From Nitrospirota bacterium (GTDB taxonomy: Bacteria > Nitrospirota > Thermodesulfovibrionia > Thermodesulfovibrionales > UBA6898): 64,000 nucleotides of DNA. The position numbers and the translations under genes were made by a program. Below the pieces are notes generated by a model. That model saw only the letters and a program-made list of their open reading frames with translations. It had not been told where the DNA came from and did no database searches. Position 1 is the stretch's first letter. Each line of letters begins with the position of its first letter. The stretch lies in contig JBFMDL010000001.1 in assembly GCA_040753635.1 (NCBI GenBank), forward strand, positions 3,714 to 67,713, read 5' to 3'. Positions 45,136 to 54,496 of this stretch are shown here, piece after piece.

Positions 45136-46260
45136 ATGGAGCAGACATCCAGAATAATAATGCAATGCCCTAAATGCCGGAAGGAGTTCCCGGTCGAGGC
45201 AACCTATTGCGAGACATGTTCGGCCATGTTAGAACCTGTTGAAATCACCGTTGAAAAAATGATCCCGGGGAACGAGATCAAAAAACAATTTCCTGCTGTT
45301 TCTGATCCCGAAAACAGAAGCGAGAAAATTGAAGACATCAAGATCGATTCTCTGAAGACAGACATAGAAAAGAAATTTGTACTGACACTGCTGAAGGAAC
45401 TGGGTCAGCTGAAATCAAGACTATCAAAAAAAGAAAAGTTTTTGTCTGATATGAATGAACAAAAGACGTCGATGGAATTTGCCGGGCAGGCTGAAAAAAC
45501 CCGAAAAAGCGAATCCGATATCGAGGGAATAATCAGAAGGACGGCAAAACTGGAATCAATAATAGAAAATCTGAAGAAAAAAATAGAGGCTGAGATAGAA
45601 GAGTTGAGATCAAAACTCGAAGAAGCTGAAAAGCCGGGCATTTCAGGATTTTTCAGCAATAGCGGCCGGTATCACAAAATGCTTTCATCAGAGTTAAAAG
45701 CCAAGAATCTGCTTATGAATGTTATAAAAGGGGAAATTTCGCCTGCCAAACTTAAATACAGAGAATTCAGCAAAGGCCTTTCAATCACTTTTTCTTTCTT
45801 TGCAATTGTTCTTTTTTTCATGTGGATCTTGTTCGATTACAGATACAAGTCGCCTGATATCCGGAACGAAGCGGTCAAACCTGTTCAGACGGAAAATCCC
45901 GTTAAATTCACAGTTTCAGAAAAGGATATTCACGACCTTCTCGATGATATAAAAACCGCAAATCTCACCAAAAATCTTGAACTATGGGAATCGAGATATT
46001 CAAAGGGCTATCTTGAGCTGGAAGGAAAGAAGGAGAATATACTTGAACAGTGGAAGAAATTCAGTTACAAGTCATTGGACTACAGGATCGATAAAATAGA
46101 GATCAAGCCTGAAGCTGCAAGCGCGCATATAACATGGGATATGGTGATAGAAACAAAAAAGACCGGGAGGTTAAAGGCTTTCTCGCATAAACTTCACGCC
46201 TTTTTTTTAAAAGAAAACGGGAAGCTCAAGATAGCTTCTGTATCAAAAGAAAAGCGATGA
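45136..46260 (+). CDS. Hypothetical membrane protein: N-terminal zinc ribbon, coiled coil, one TM helix, and a C-terminal NTF2/SnoaL-like (DUF4440-like) domain
   Basis: CPKCRKEF...CETCSAML, a long K/E-rich coiled coil, the TM helix ITFSFFAIVLFFMWILF, and a ~130-aa alpha+beta C-terminal domain. The domain call is by eye only. Confidence 0.5.
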   Translation: MEQTSRIIMQCPKCRKEFPVEATYCETCSAMLEPVEITVEKMIPGNEIKKQFPAVSDPENRSEKIEDIKIDSLKTDIEKKFVLTLLKELGQLKSRLSKKEKFLSDMNEQKTSMEFAGQAEKTRKSESDIEGIIRRTAKLESIIENLKKKIEAEIEELRSKLEEAEKPGISGFFSNSGRYHKMLSSELKAKNLLMNVIKGEISPAKLKYREFSKGLSITFSFFAIVLFFMWILFDYRYKSPDIRNEAVKPVQTENPVKFTVSEKDIHDLLDDIKTANLTKNLELWESRYSKGYLELEGKKENILEQWKKFSYKSLDYRIDKIEIKPEAASAHITWDMVIETKKTGRLKAFSHKLHAFFLKENGKLKIASVSKEKR

Positions 46261-46269
46261 TATTTCTAT

Positions 46270-47574
46270 ATGTCCAACGCCCGGCTTCTCGCAATAAAAG
46301 TTCTTGTTGAGGTATTTCAAAAACGTTCAAGGCCAAAACAGTCGATTGAAAATCACTCTTCCTCTATAGACAGCAGAGACCGTGCTTTCATGATGGAGAT
46401 TGTGTACGGTGTTTTGAGATTCCGGGACGCACTCGACTGGATACTTAAACATTTCCTCGAAAATACATCAAAACCGGGCATTTTCACTCTGAATAACCTC
46501 AGAATGGCCTTATACCAGATATATTTTATGAGAACACCATATTGGGCTGTTGTAAACGAATCTGTTGAAATAGAAAAGGCCAAGGGGAAACCTTCATTGG
46601 TTAATGCTGTTTTAAGAAATATATTGAGGCAAAAAAAGGATTTTGACTTTCCTTTCAAATTGTCCGATCCGGTTTTGAATATATCTATAAACACTTCCCA
46701 TCCAAAATGGCTCATCAGGAGATGGATCACCAGATTCGGTGAGGATGAAACCATGTTATTGGCTGCGGCGAACAATAGAATCCCGCCGTTTACCATAAGA
46801 GTAAATACCTTAAGGTGTTCGAGGAAGGAACTTCTTTTAAAATTATCAGAAAATGGCGTTAAGGCTGAACCGACTGTCTTTTCGCCTGATGGCATTTTGC
46901 TCGAGGGGATACACTCATATCAGGAACTGTCATTCATTCACGGTTCTTTTTCGGTGCAGGATGAGGCTTCGCAGTTGATTGCCTATCTTCTCAACCCTGA
47001 ACCCGGAGAAAGGATACTGGATGCCTGCGCAGCCCCGGGCGGGAAAACCACCCATATGGCACAATTGATGCAGGACCGTGGAGAGATTGTTGCCGCAGAA
47101 AAAGATCCGCTGCGAATAAGCAGGCTTCGGGAGAATTTAAGAATCTCCGGGATAAAATCGGTAAAAATAATCAATGCCGATATAAACAATTTAAAAAATA
47201 TTGGCACCTTCGACAGGATACTTCTTGATGCGCCATGCTCTTCACTGGGAGTCATAAGAAGAAACCCTGATGTTAAATATAGACATGGCGTCAGGGATTT
47301 GCTTGCATATAAGTCCAGACAGATAAAATTGCTTAATTCAGCATCAAATCTATTAAGTGAGAACGGAATTTTAGTATATTCTGTATGCTCGACTGAACCG
47401 GAAGAAGGAGAGGACGCAATAAATGAATTCTTGAAGACAGCAAAAGAATTCCGTATTATAGATGCTGATATTGAATTCATAAAAAAATTTACACATAACG
47501 GTTTTTTTAGAACATATCCGCATAGACATAATATGGACGGTTTTTTCGGGGTGATATTGTGCAGGAAAGAATAA
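46270..47574 (+). CDS. rsmB: 16S rRNA (cytosine967-C5)-methyltransferase RsmB
   Basis: N-terminal NusB-like domain, the SAM motif DACAAPGGKT, DAPCS and the catalytic Cys in YSVCS. Confidence 0.9.
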   Translation: MSNARLLAIKVLVEVFQKRSRPKQSIENHSSSIDSRDRAFMMEIVYGVLRFRDALDWILKHFLENTSKPGIFTLNNLRMALYQIYFMRTPYWAVVNESVEIEKAKGKPSLVNAVLRNILRQKKDFDFPFKLSDPVLNISINTSHPKWLIRRWITRFGEDETMLLAAANNRIPPFTIRVNTLRCSRKELLLKLSENGVKAEPTVFSPDGILLEGIHSYQELSFIHGSFSVQDEASQLIAYLLNPEPGERILDACAAPGGKTTHMAQLMQDRGEIVAAEKDPLRISRLRENLRISGIKSVKIINADINNLKNIGTFDRILLDAPCSSLGVIRRNPDVKYRHGVRDLLAYKSRQIKLLNSASNLLSENGILVYSVCSTEPEEGEDAINEFLKTAKEFRIIDADIEFIKKFTHNGFFRTYPHRHNMDGFFGVILCRKE

Positions 47575-48269
47575 ACACTTTAATAAGGATACCTCTTATC
47601 TTTGCAATGTTCATTTTGCTTGGTCTGTCATTCGGCTATATTACATTCAAGATATTAAGTTTCAGCCGCACTGTGGAAGTCCCGTCTCTTATTGACAAAA
47701 CTCTGCTGGAAGCAAATGAAACACTGAACAGGGCGGGTCTTTACCTGAAAATAGAGGGAGAAGATTATGATCCCTTAATACAGTCCGGCAGGATAATAAG
47801 GCAGGATATTCCCCCGGGCAACAAAGTAAAGGAGAAACGCTCCATCAAGGTGGTCATAAGCAAGGGACCAAGGGTATATTCTGTGCCTCTTGTCGTTAAT
47901 GAAACTCTTGCCGATGCGGAAACAATTCTCCTTCAAAAAGGACTTAAGATAGGCAGATTAATATACGTACATTCTGATTCTGTTGAAAAGGGCAGGATAG
48001 TGTCGCAGAAGCCGGAACCTGATGAAAGGATTGCCGACAATATCACAATACTTGTAAGTCTTGGCCCTCATGAAGTAAGCTACTATTGTCCTGATTTTTT
48101 GCATAAGAATATCGGCAGCGCAAGAGAAACAGCGGACAAGCTTGATATCTTTATTGAGACAAAAGGCACAGGGAATATAGTATACGCACAAAAACCCAAA
48201 CCTGGTTCTATAATAAAGACAGGCGATAAAATATACCTGGAATTAAAAGAGGAAACAATCAATGATTAA
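47559..48269 (+). CDS. PASTA-domain protein (TM anchor plus three PASTA repeats; no kinase or transpeptidase domain)
   Basis: One TM helix followed by three ~65-aa repeats with the PASTA pattern (VPSLIDKTLLEANETLNRAGL..., VPLVVNETLADAETILLQKGL..., CPDFLHKNIGSARETADKL...). Confidence 0.75.
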   Translation: MQERINTLIRIPLIFAMFILLGLSFGYITFKILSFSRTVEVPSLIDKTLLEANETLNRAGLYLKIEGEDYDPLIQSGRIIRQDIPPGNKVKEKRSIKVVISKGPRVYSVPLVVNETLADAETILLQKGLKIGRLIYVHSDSVEKGRIVSQKPEPDERIADNITILVSLGPHEVSYYCPDFLHKNIGSARETADKLDIFIETKGTGNIVYAQKPKPGSIIKTGDKIYLELKEETIND

Positions 48270-48921
48270 AATTGCCCCATCGATTCTTTCAGCGGATTTT
48301 TTGCGTCTGGGTGATGAGATAAAGGCCGTAGAAAACGCCGGCGCTCACATGATTCATATCGATATAATGGACGGTCATTTTGTCCCTAACATCACGATTG
48401 GATACTCTGTAGTCGAATCTATAAGAAAGATAACAAACCTGCCTCTCGATGTGCATTTGATGATCGAGGATCCGGATAAATTCCTGAATGATTTTATCGG
48501 GGCAGGCGCTGACATTCTTACCGTACATTATGAAGCCTCCGTTCATCTGCACAGGACTGTTCAGAGCATAAAAGAAATGGGCGCAAAGGCGGGGGTATCA
48601 ATAAATCCTGCCACTCCGGTGCAGAATCTTGAAAATATTCTGCTGGATTCAGACATGGTGCTTCTTATGTCCGTGAATCCCGGTTTCGGAGGGCAGCATT
48701 TTATTCCGTATACTATAGAGAAGATAATTGCGTTAAAAAAAATGATTAAAGAAAAAAATTTATCCGTCCTGATTGAGGTCGACGGTGGAATAAAGCCTGA
48801 AAATGCCAGGGAAATCGCGGATGCCGGGGCTGATATACTTGTTATGGGGTCTGCGTTTTTCAAATCAGAAAATTATTCAAACACAATCAATAATTTAAAT
48901 GAAATCCTTGAAAACAGATAA
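48262..48921 (+). CDS. rpe: Ribulose-phosphate 3-epimerase
   Basis: IAPSILSADF, HIDIMDGHFVPN, MSVNPGFGGQ and VDGG are present. Confidence 0.95.
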   Translation: MIKIAPSILSADFLRLGDEIKAVENAGAHMIHIDIMDGHFVPNITIGYSVVESIRKITNLPLDVHLMIEDPDKFLNDFIGAGADILTVHYEASVHLHRTVQSIKEMGAKAGVSINPATPVQNLENILLDSDMVLLMSVNPGFGGQHFIPYTIEKIIALKKMIKEKNLSVLIEVDGGIKPENAREIADAGADILVMGSAFFKSENYSNTINNLNEILENR

Positions 48922-49984
48922 GCTGTTTCAAAAAGCAGAGGGTTTTAGACAGAAAAACCATTACGCCGAATCACTGTTTTTTTTTAAAAAAGCATTGAAG
49001 GGCTATCAAACAACACAAAATTCAGAGGGTGTTCTGGCATGCCAGCTTTCACTTGGCGACGTCTATAGAATGGCGGGCAATTTTGATCTTGCTGAAAAAT
49101 CATATTCTGATGCCATAACAACAGGCGTGAAAATAAATGATAAGGTTGCGATATCAGACGCCAGGATAAATCTTGGTTTATCCTTGAGAGGCAAGGGAGA
49201 CTGGGGAAGCGCCCTGAAAATATTCAATGAAACATTAAAGTTTTACAGGAAAAAGAACGATCTGCCCGCAACCGCCTTCACTCTCTGGGCGATTGCGGGC
49301 GCTTTAAGAATAAAAGGCGATATAATAAAAAGCATTAAAACATACAACGAATCTCTGGAAATATTTAAATCCTTGAAGTTCAGGCCGGGGACAGGCTATT
49401 CTCTGTGCGGTCTCGGAGGGACTTCAAGGGTCGCCGGCCTTTTTAATGAGTCGTTAAAGTATTACACTTCAGCAAACAGGCTTTTTTCAGGGATTAAAGA
49501 CAATTTCGGTTTGGCATATTCGTATTGTGGGATTGGAAACGCTTTCAGAATGCTCGGTGAATACAATAAGGCCCTGTCAAATTTCTCAAAAGCGTCTTCT
49601 TTGTACAAAAAGATCGGAGACGTTGTCAGTTATTCTTATACGATATGGAGCACAGGCACAACGCATAAAATGCTGGGAAATTATCCCGCTGCGCGCAATT
49701 GCTTCAAGATGGCCGGATCCCTCTTCAGAAAAACAAAAGATCCGAGGGGCTCCATTTACTGCATGCTCGGACTTGGAGAGCTTGCCCTGCTGGAGGGGAG
49801 AAAGATTATGGCGGAAAAATATATGATCACATCCCTTTCCAGCGCTTCAAAATACGGTTTTAAGGTTGAAAAATGTCATTCCGAAATTTTACTGTCTCTT
49901 TTGCATGGCAAATCAAAGACAGGCTGTTATAATAAATTGGGGCTAAAATTAAATTTCGAGAAAGTCCCTTTCAACATACCTTGA
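48899..49984 (+). CDS. Tetratricopeptide repeat protein
   Basis: Multiple ~40-aa repeats of the form G.....A...Y..AL..... Confidence 0.75.
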   Translation: MKSLKTDKLFQKAEGFRQKNHYAESLFFFKKALKGYQTTQNSEGVLACQLSLGDVYRMAGNFDLAEKSYSDAITTGVKINDKVAISDARINLGLSLRGKGDWGSALKIFNETLKFYRKKNDLPATAFTLWAIAGALRIKGDIIKSIKTYNESLEIFKSLKFRPGTGYSLCGLGGTSRVAGLFNESLKYYTSANRLFSGIKDNFGLAYSYCGIGNAFRMLGEYNKALSNFSKASSLYKKIGDVVSYSYTIWSTGTTHKMLGNYPAARNCFKMAGSLFRKTKDPRGSIYCMLGLGELALLEGRKIMAEKYMITSLSSASKYGFKVEKCHSEILLSLLHGKSKTGCYNKLGLKLNFEKVPFNIP

Positions 49985-50098
49985 TAATATTTGTATATTG
50001 CAGAAAATAATCCAGGCATATGACTTTTAAGATTTCGGCCGGACTCGAAACGCAACTGTTGAAAATAAGCCTGATGAACAACTGGAGAATTATTTATT

Positions 50099-50638
50099 TT
50101 GACTGTTTTTAACATACCAAACACATTGACAATAATTAGGATATTAATAATACCGGTGTTTATCACCGCAATAATTTATACGAGATACGAATACGCGCTT
50201 TACCTTTTCCTGCTTGCTGCGCTGACCGATATGCTTGACGGTCTTTTTGCAAGACTTACAAACCAGAAAACCGTCCTCGGGACATTGCTGGACCCTCTTG
50301 CGGATAAATTTCTTCTTGTAACCTCATTCATATTTTTTTCTATCTATAACTGGATACCGAAATGGCTTGCTATAACCGTTATAAGCAGGGATCTGATCGT
50401 GGTGATCGGCTGGTTCCTGCTTTATCTTATTACTCACAATTCAAAGGTTGAACCTTTGATACTTGGTAAAATTGCGATAGCGCTGCAGCTTGTCACGCTT
50501 GCCTACGTTTTACTCAAAATCAATATAGAATCGCTTCCCGGGGTTCCGTATGCTGTTCTTCTTTTAACCGCAATAATAACTTCCGTGTCCGGCCTTCAAT
50601 ATATATATAAAGCGTTCAAATTGACAAATGCATCCTAA
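50099..50638 (+). CDS. pgsA: CDP-alcohol phosphatidyltransferase (PgsA-like)
   Basis: PNTLTIIRI... and the DGx2ARx8Gx3Dx3D motif (DMLDGLFARLTNQKTVLGTLLDPLADK). The start codon is TTG. Confidence 0.8.
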   Translation: MTVFNIPNTLTIIRILIIPVFITAIIYTRYEYALYLFLLAALTDMLDGLFARLTNQKTVLGTLLDPLADKFLLVTSFIFFSIYNWIPKWLAITVISRDLIVVIGWFLLYLITHNSKVEPLILGKIAIALQLVTLAYVLLKINIESLPGVPYAVLLLTAIITSVSGLQYIYKAFKLTNAS

Positions 50639-51923
50639 ATGCGGCATAGAGATAGAAAAAGTTCTAACGGACAGTCCTGCTGAAGAAGCGGGTTTGCGGG
50701 CGGGCGATATACTTTTCAGAATTAATTCCCACCCTTTAAATGACGCAATAGATTTCATGTTTCACAAGAGTTCGGACAAACTGAATATTGATTTCATGCG
50801 TAAAGAAATAAAACATTCAACAATGATAAATATCGAAAATGAAATTGATCTTGGCCTGACGATTAAACCTTTCAGGGTTAAAACCTGCAGAAATAACTGC
50901 ATTTTCTGTTTTGTAAAACAGCTTCCGAAAGGCCTCAGGAGATCCCTTTACATAAAGGATGAAGATTACAGGTTGTCATTTCTGTATGGAAACTATATCA
51001 CTGCTTCAAATCTGGACAATAAGGACAGGAAAAGAATTTGCGAACAGAGGCTAAGCCCGCTTTATATATCCGTGCATACAACCAATAAATCTTTACGCAA
51101 TAAAATGCTCGGGAATCCCAGGGCATCTGATATCATGAAAGAACTAAAATATTTTTCAGACCGGAAAATAAGAATGCATACACAGATTGTGCTTTGTCCC
51201 GGCTATAATGACGGCAGGGAGCTTAAAAATACAATCAGGGATATTTATAAATTTTATCCGTATACGGCATCAATTGCCGTGGTGCCGGTGGGTCTGACAA
51301 AACATAGAAAAACAAATGTTAATCCTGTTACAGAAGAAGACGCCTTAAAGGCGATAGAAACCGTTGAATCTTTCCAGAAAAGATTCAAGAAGAAGCATGG
51401 AGACCATATCGTTTACTGTGCGGATGAAATGTATATAAAAGCAAAGCAGCCATTCCCTAAAATAGGTGAATACGGCAGTCTCCCTCAGCTGGAAAACGGA
51501 GTCGGGATGGTGCCTCTTTTTATCAGTCAGTCGAAAAAGATCAAGACACCGAGGTCCATACCGCACAGGCGGAAATTTATTACTTTTACAGGCATGTCTT
51601 TTTTCCCTTTTTTAAAAAAATTCATTGATCGTCTGGCGGAAAAGGAAAACATCAATATTGATTTAATCCCTGTTGAAAATAAATTCTTCGGAAATTCTGT
51701 TACTGTTACCGGTCTTTTATCAGGCCGTGACATCATAAAATGTTTACATGATAACATCGACTCTTATGAAATACTTATTGTTCCAAAAGATGTCCTTAAA
51801 GAAGATGAAAATATTTTTCTTGATAATGTATCCCTGGAAGATATTGAGGATACAACCGGACTGAAGACCGTCATAACCGACGGCACGCCGCAGGGCCTTT
51901 TGGACACAATTGCATGCTTCTGA
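50628..51923 (+). CDS. DUF512 domain-containing protein (PDZ plus radical-SAM-like core)
   Basis: N-terminal PDZ-like segment (AEEAGLRAGDILFRIN), the Cys motif CRNNCIFCF, and a DUF512-like C-terminus. Confidence 0.8.
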   Translation: MHPKCGIEIEKVLTDSPAEEAGLRAGDILFRINSHPLNDAIDFMFHKSSDKLNIDFMRKEIKHSTMINIENEIDLGLTIKPFRVKTCRNNCIFCFVKQLPKGLRRSLYIKDEDYRLSFLYGNYITASNLDNKDRKRICEQRLSPLYISVHTTNKSLRNKMLGNPRASDIMKELKYFSDRKIRMHTQIVLCPGYNDGRELKNTIRDIYKFYPYTASIAVVPVGLTKHRKTNVNPVTEEDALKAIETVESFQKRFKKKHGDHIVYCADEMYIKAKQPFPKIGEYGSLPQLENGVGMVPLFISQSKKIKTPRSIPHRRKFITFTGMSFFPFLKKFIDRLAEKENINIDLIPVENKFFGNSVTVTGLLSGRDIIKCLHDNIDSYEILIVPKDVLKEDENIFLDNVSLEDIEDTTGLKTVITDGTPQGLLDTIACF

Positions 51924-51939
51924 CAAAACGGAGGTGACT

Positions 51940-52776
51940 ATGAATATCACGGGCAAAACCAGGATAACAGGACTTTTCGGGTATCCGGTTGAACATTCTT
52001 TATCGCCGTCGATGCACAATGCGGCTTTCAAACATCTCGGTCTCGATTGCTGTTACCTTCCCTTTCAGGTGCATCCGGATTTTCTGGGACACGCGGTAGA
52101 GGCGATAAGAGCGCTTAATTTCATCGGTGTGAATGTGACGGTGCCCCATAAAGAGCCGGTTATACCTTTTCTTGACATAATAAATGAGGAAGCCTCTTTC
52201 ATCGGCGCTGTCAATACAATCGTCAACTCGGAAGGCAGGCTAAAAGGTTTCAATACGGACGGAAGGGGGTTCATGCGATCTTTGTCGGAAAACAATATTG
52301 CCGTCAAAGGAAAGAAAATACTGGTTGTGGGCGCTGGAGGAGCTTCGAGGGCTATAAGCTATTATATAAGCGAAAAGGCCGCCCTTCTGAATCTGTTCGA
52401 TATTGATAATGTCAAACTTGCAAAACTCGTTTCAGACCTCTCAAGGATAAGGACTAACGTATCAGGCATAAGCAGTCTGGACGACCTGAAGGAATTTGAA
52501 ATAATAATAAACGCCACTCCTCTCGGCCTTGGAAAAGAAGACCCTTTGCCTTTTGCTGTAGATTCACTCACGCCGGAACATACTGTATGCGATCTTATAT
52601 ACAAGAAAACACCTGTCCTGGAGCAGGCTTCCCAAAAAGGCTGTAAAACCATGGACGGTCTGGGCATGCTTCTGTGGCAGGGAGTTTTTGCATTCGAACT
52701 CTGGACCTCTGCCCCGGCTCCGGTTGATGTCATGAAAAACGCCTTGTTAAACCGCATATCGAGATCTCTGGCATGA
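51940..52776 (+). CDS. aroE: Shikimate dehydrogenase
   Basis: GYPVEHSLSPSMHNAAF, NVTVPHK and GAGGASRA are present. The start was chosen after the GGAGG RBS. Confidence 0.9.
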   Translation: MNITGKTRITGLFGYPVEHSLSPSMHNAAFKHLGLDCCYLPFQVHPDFLGHAVEAIRALNFIGVNVTVPHKEPVIPFLDIINEEASFIGAVNTIVNSEGRLKGFNTDGRGFMRSLSENNIAVKGKKILVVGAGGASRAISYYISEKAALLNLFDIDNVKLAKLVSDLSRIRTNVSGISSLDDLKEFEIIINATPLGLGKEDPLPFAVDSLTPEHTVCDLIYKKTPVLEQASQKGCKTMDGLGMLLWQGVFAFELWTSAPAPVDVMKNALLNRISRSLA

Positions 52777-52803
52777 TATTTGCCTTTACTTAAAGTTCCC
52801 TGT

Positions 52804-53331
52804 ATGATAAAATTTTTTATGAAGAGAAGTTTGTTTCTTATCCTCTCTTTATTAATCCTTTTCCTTTTTTTCATAATGGTCAAAAGTGAGAGGGAAAGCA
52901 GGGTGGATATTCAATTCAACAGCGAATCCTTTATCGAAGGGATAAAGATATTTCACAAGATAAACGGAAAATCCGAGTGGATTTTGACGGCCAAAAGGGC
53001 TGATATAATTGAGAACGGCGAGAAGGCAAGGCTTTCCGATATCGAAATGACCGTAGAAGACAGGGGCATGACGATATTCGCTGACAAGGGGTTTTACGAC
53101 TTTACAAATAAGAATATCACTATTGACGGAAAGGTAACGGCAAAAAAGACCGACTATTCAATAATGACTGAAAATATTGAACTCGACACAAAGGCCGGCA
53201 ATTTAAGAACAGATGAAACCGTCATAATAAATGGCAACAATTTCAGTCTGCAGGGCAAAGGGATGGATATAGACAACACAGAACAAAAAGTGAGGATACA
53301 CGGAGATGTTAAAGCGACTTTTAATAATTAG
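52804..53331 (+). CDS. lptC: LPS export protein LptC
   Basis: A single TM anchor plus an OstA-like beta-jellyroll, directly upstream of lptA-lptB. The start is ambiguous, with candidates at 52780, 52804 and 52819. Confidence 0.65.
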   Translation: MIKFFMKRSLFLILSLLILFLFFIMVKSERESRVDIQFNSESFIEGIKIFHKINGKSEWILTAKRADIIENGEKARLSDIEMTVEDRGMTIFADKGFYDFTNKNITIDGKVTAKKTDYSIMTENIELDTKAGNLRTDETVIINGNNFSLQGKGMDIDNTEQKVRIHGDVKATFNN

Positions 53332-53773
53332 CTTCTTTTTTATTGCAGTTCCTGCCGTAAACTCATTCTCTGAAGACACGCGAGCAGTGAAGGGGCCGAT
53401 AATTGTCACTTCAGAAATGCTTACCGCCGATAACAAGGCGCATACCGCTTTCTTTGAGAAGAATGTCATTGCAAAAACGACCGATATGACCCTGTATGCC
53501 GACGCAATGCTTGTTTATTACAATGATAAGAGCGGCGATGTCAATAAGATAGAAGCAACCGGCAATGTTAAACTTCATAAGGATACAAACGTTGTTACAT
53601 CCCAAAAAGCAACTTACTATGCGGGAGAAGATAAGGTTGTCTTTTCGGGTGAACCCCGTGCGGTTGACGGAGAAAATGTTGTGACAGGCACAAAAATGAC
53701 ATTTTTTTTAAAAGATGACCGGACAATCGTGGAAAACAGCAAAGTTTATCTTAAAAATAAAAAGGACCGATAA
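53306..53773 (+). CDS. lptA: LPS transport periplasmic protein LptA (OstA N-terminal domain)
   Basis: Signal peptide, then an OstA-like repeat pattern (..A........F.GNV......). Confidence 0.75.
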   Translation: MLKRLLIISFFFIAVPAVNSFSEDTRAVKGPIIVTSEMLTADNKAHTAFFEKNVIAKTTDMTLYADAMLVYYNDKSGDVNKIEATGNVKLHKDTNVVTSQKATYYAGEDKVVFSGEPRAVDGENVVTGTKMTFFLKDDRTIVENSKVYLKNKKDR

Positions 53774-54496
53774 ATGCATCTTCTTGAAGTTAAGGGTCTC
53801 CGTAAAACCTACGGGAAAAAAATTGTTCTGAAAAATATCGATCTCCATGTTGCAACCGGTGAGATAGTCGGCCTGCTCGGCCCTAATGGAGCCGGGAAAA
53901 CAACCAGTTTCTACGTTATGCTGGGACTTATAAGACCCGATAAAGGCAATATCTTTCTTGACAAGGAAGATATAAGCCTCCTTCCCATGTATAAAAGGGC
54001 ATTGAGGGGAATAAGTTATCTGCCCCAGGAACCCTCGATTTTCAGAAGGCTTTCTGTAAAAGACAATCTGAAAGCAGTACTTGAAATTAAGGGACTTTCA
54101 AGGGAAGAAATAGACGTGGAAACAAAACAGCTTCTAAAAGAATTCAATCTTGAGGAATTCTCGAACAGGAACAGCTATGAACTCTCGGGCGGCGAGAGAA
54201 GGCGTGCCGAGATTGCAAGGGCAATTGCAACAAAACCGACTTTTATGCTCTTTGACGAACCTTTTGCAGGTATAGATCCAATAGCAATTATCGAGCTTAA
54301 AAAAATGTTTTCCTATTTAAAGAATAAAGGCCTTGGTATTGTAATCACCGACCATAATGTCAGAGACACGCTCTCGATAACTGACAGGGCTTATATTATA
54401 AACAATGGAGAGATACTCGAAGAAGGCGTCCCTGACAAGCTTATTTCAGCTCCAAAAGTAAAAGAGGCATATCTCGGCGAGGAGTTCAGACTCTGA
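53774..54496 (+). CDS. lptB: LPS export ABC transporter ATP-binding protein LptB
   Basis: Walker A motif GPNGAGKTT, signature LSGGERRR and Walker B MLFDEPFAGIDP. Confidence 0.95.
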   Translation: MHLLEVKGLRKTYGKKIVLKNIDLHVATGEIVGLLGPNGAGKTTSFYVMLGLIRPDKGNIFLDKEDISLLPMYKRALRGISYLPQEPSIFRRLSVKDNLKAVLEIKGLSREEIDVETKQLLKEFNLEEFSNRNSYELSGGERRRAEIARAIATKPTFMLFDEPFAGIDPIAIIELKKMFSYLKNKGLGIVITDHNVRDTLSITDRAYIINNGEILEEGVPDKLISAPKVKEAYLGEEFRL

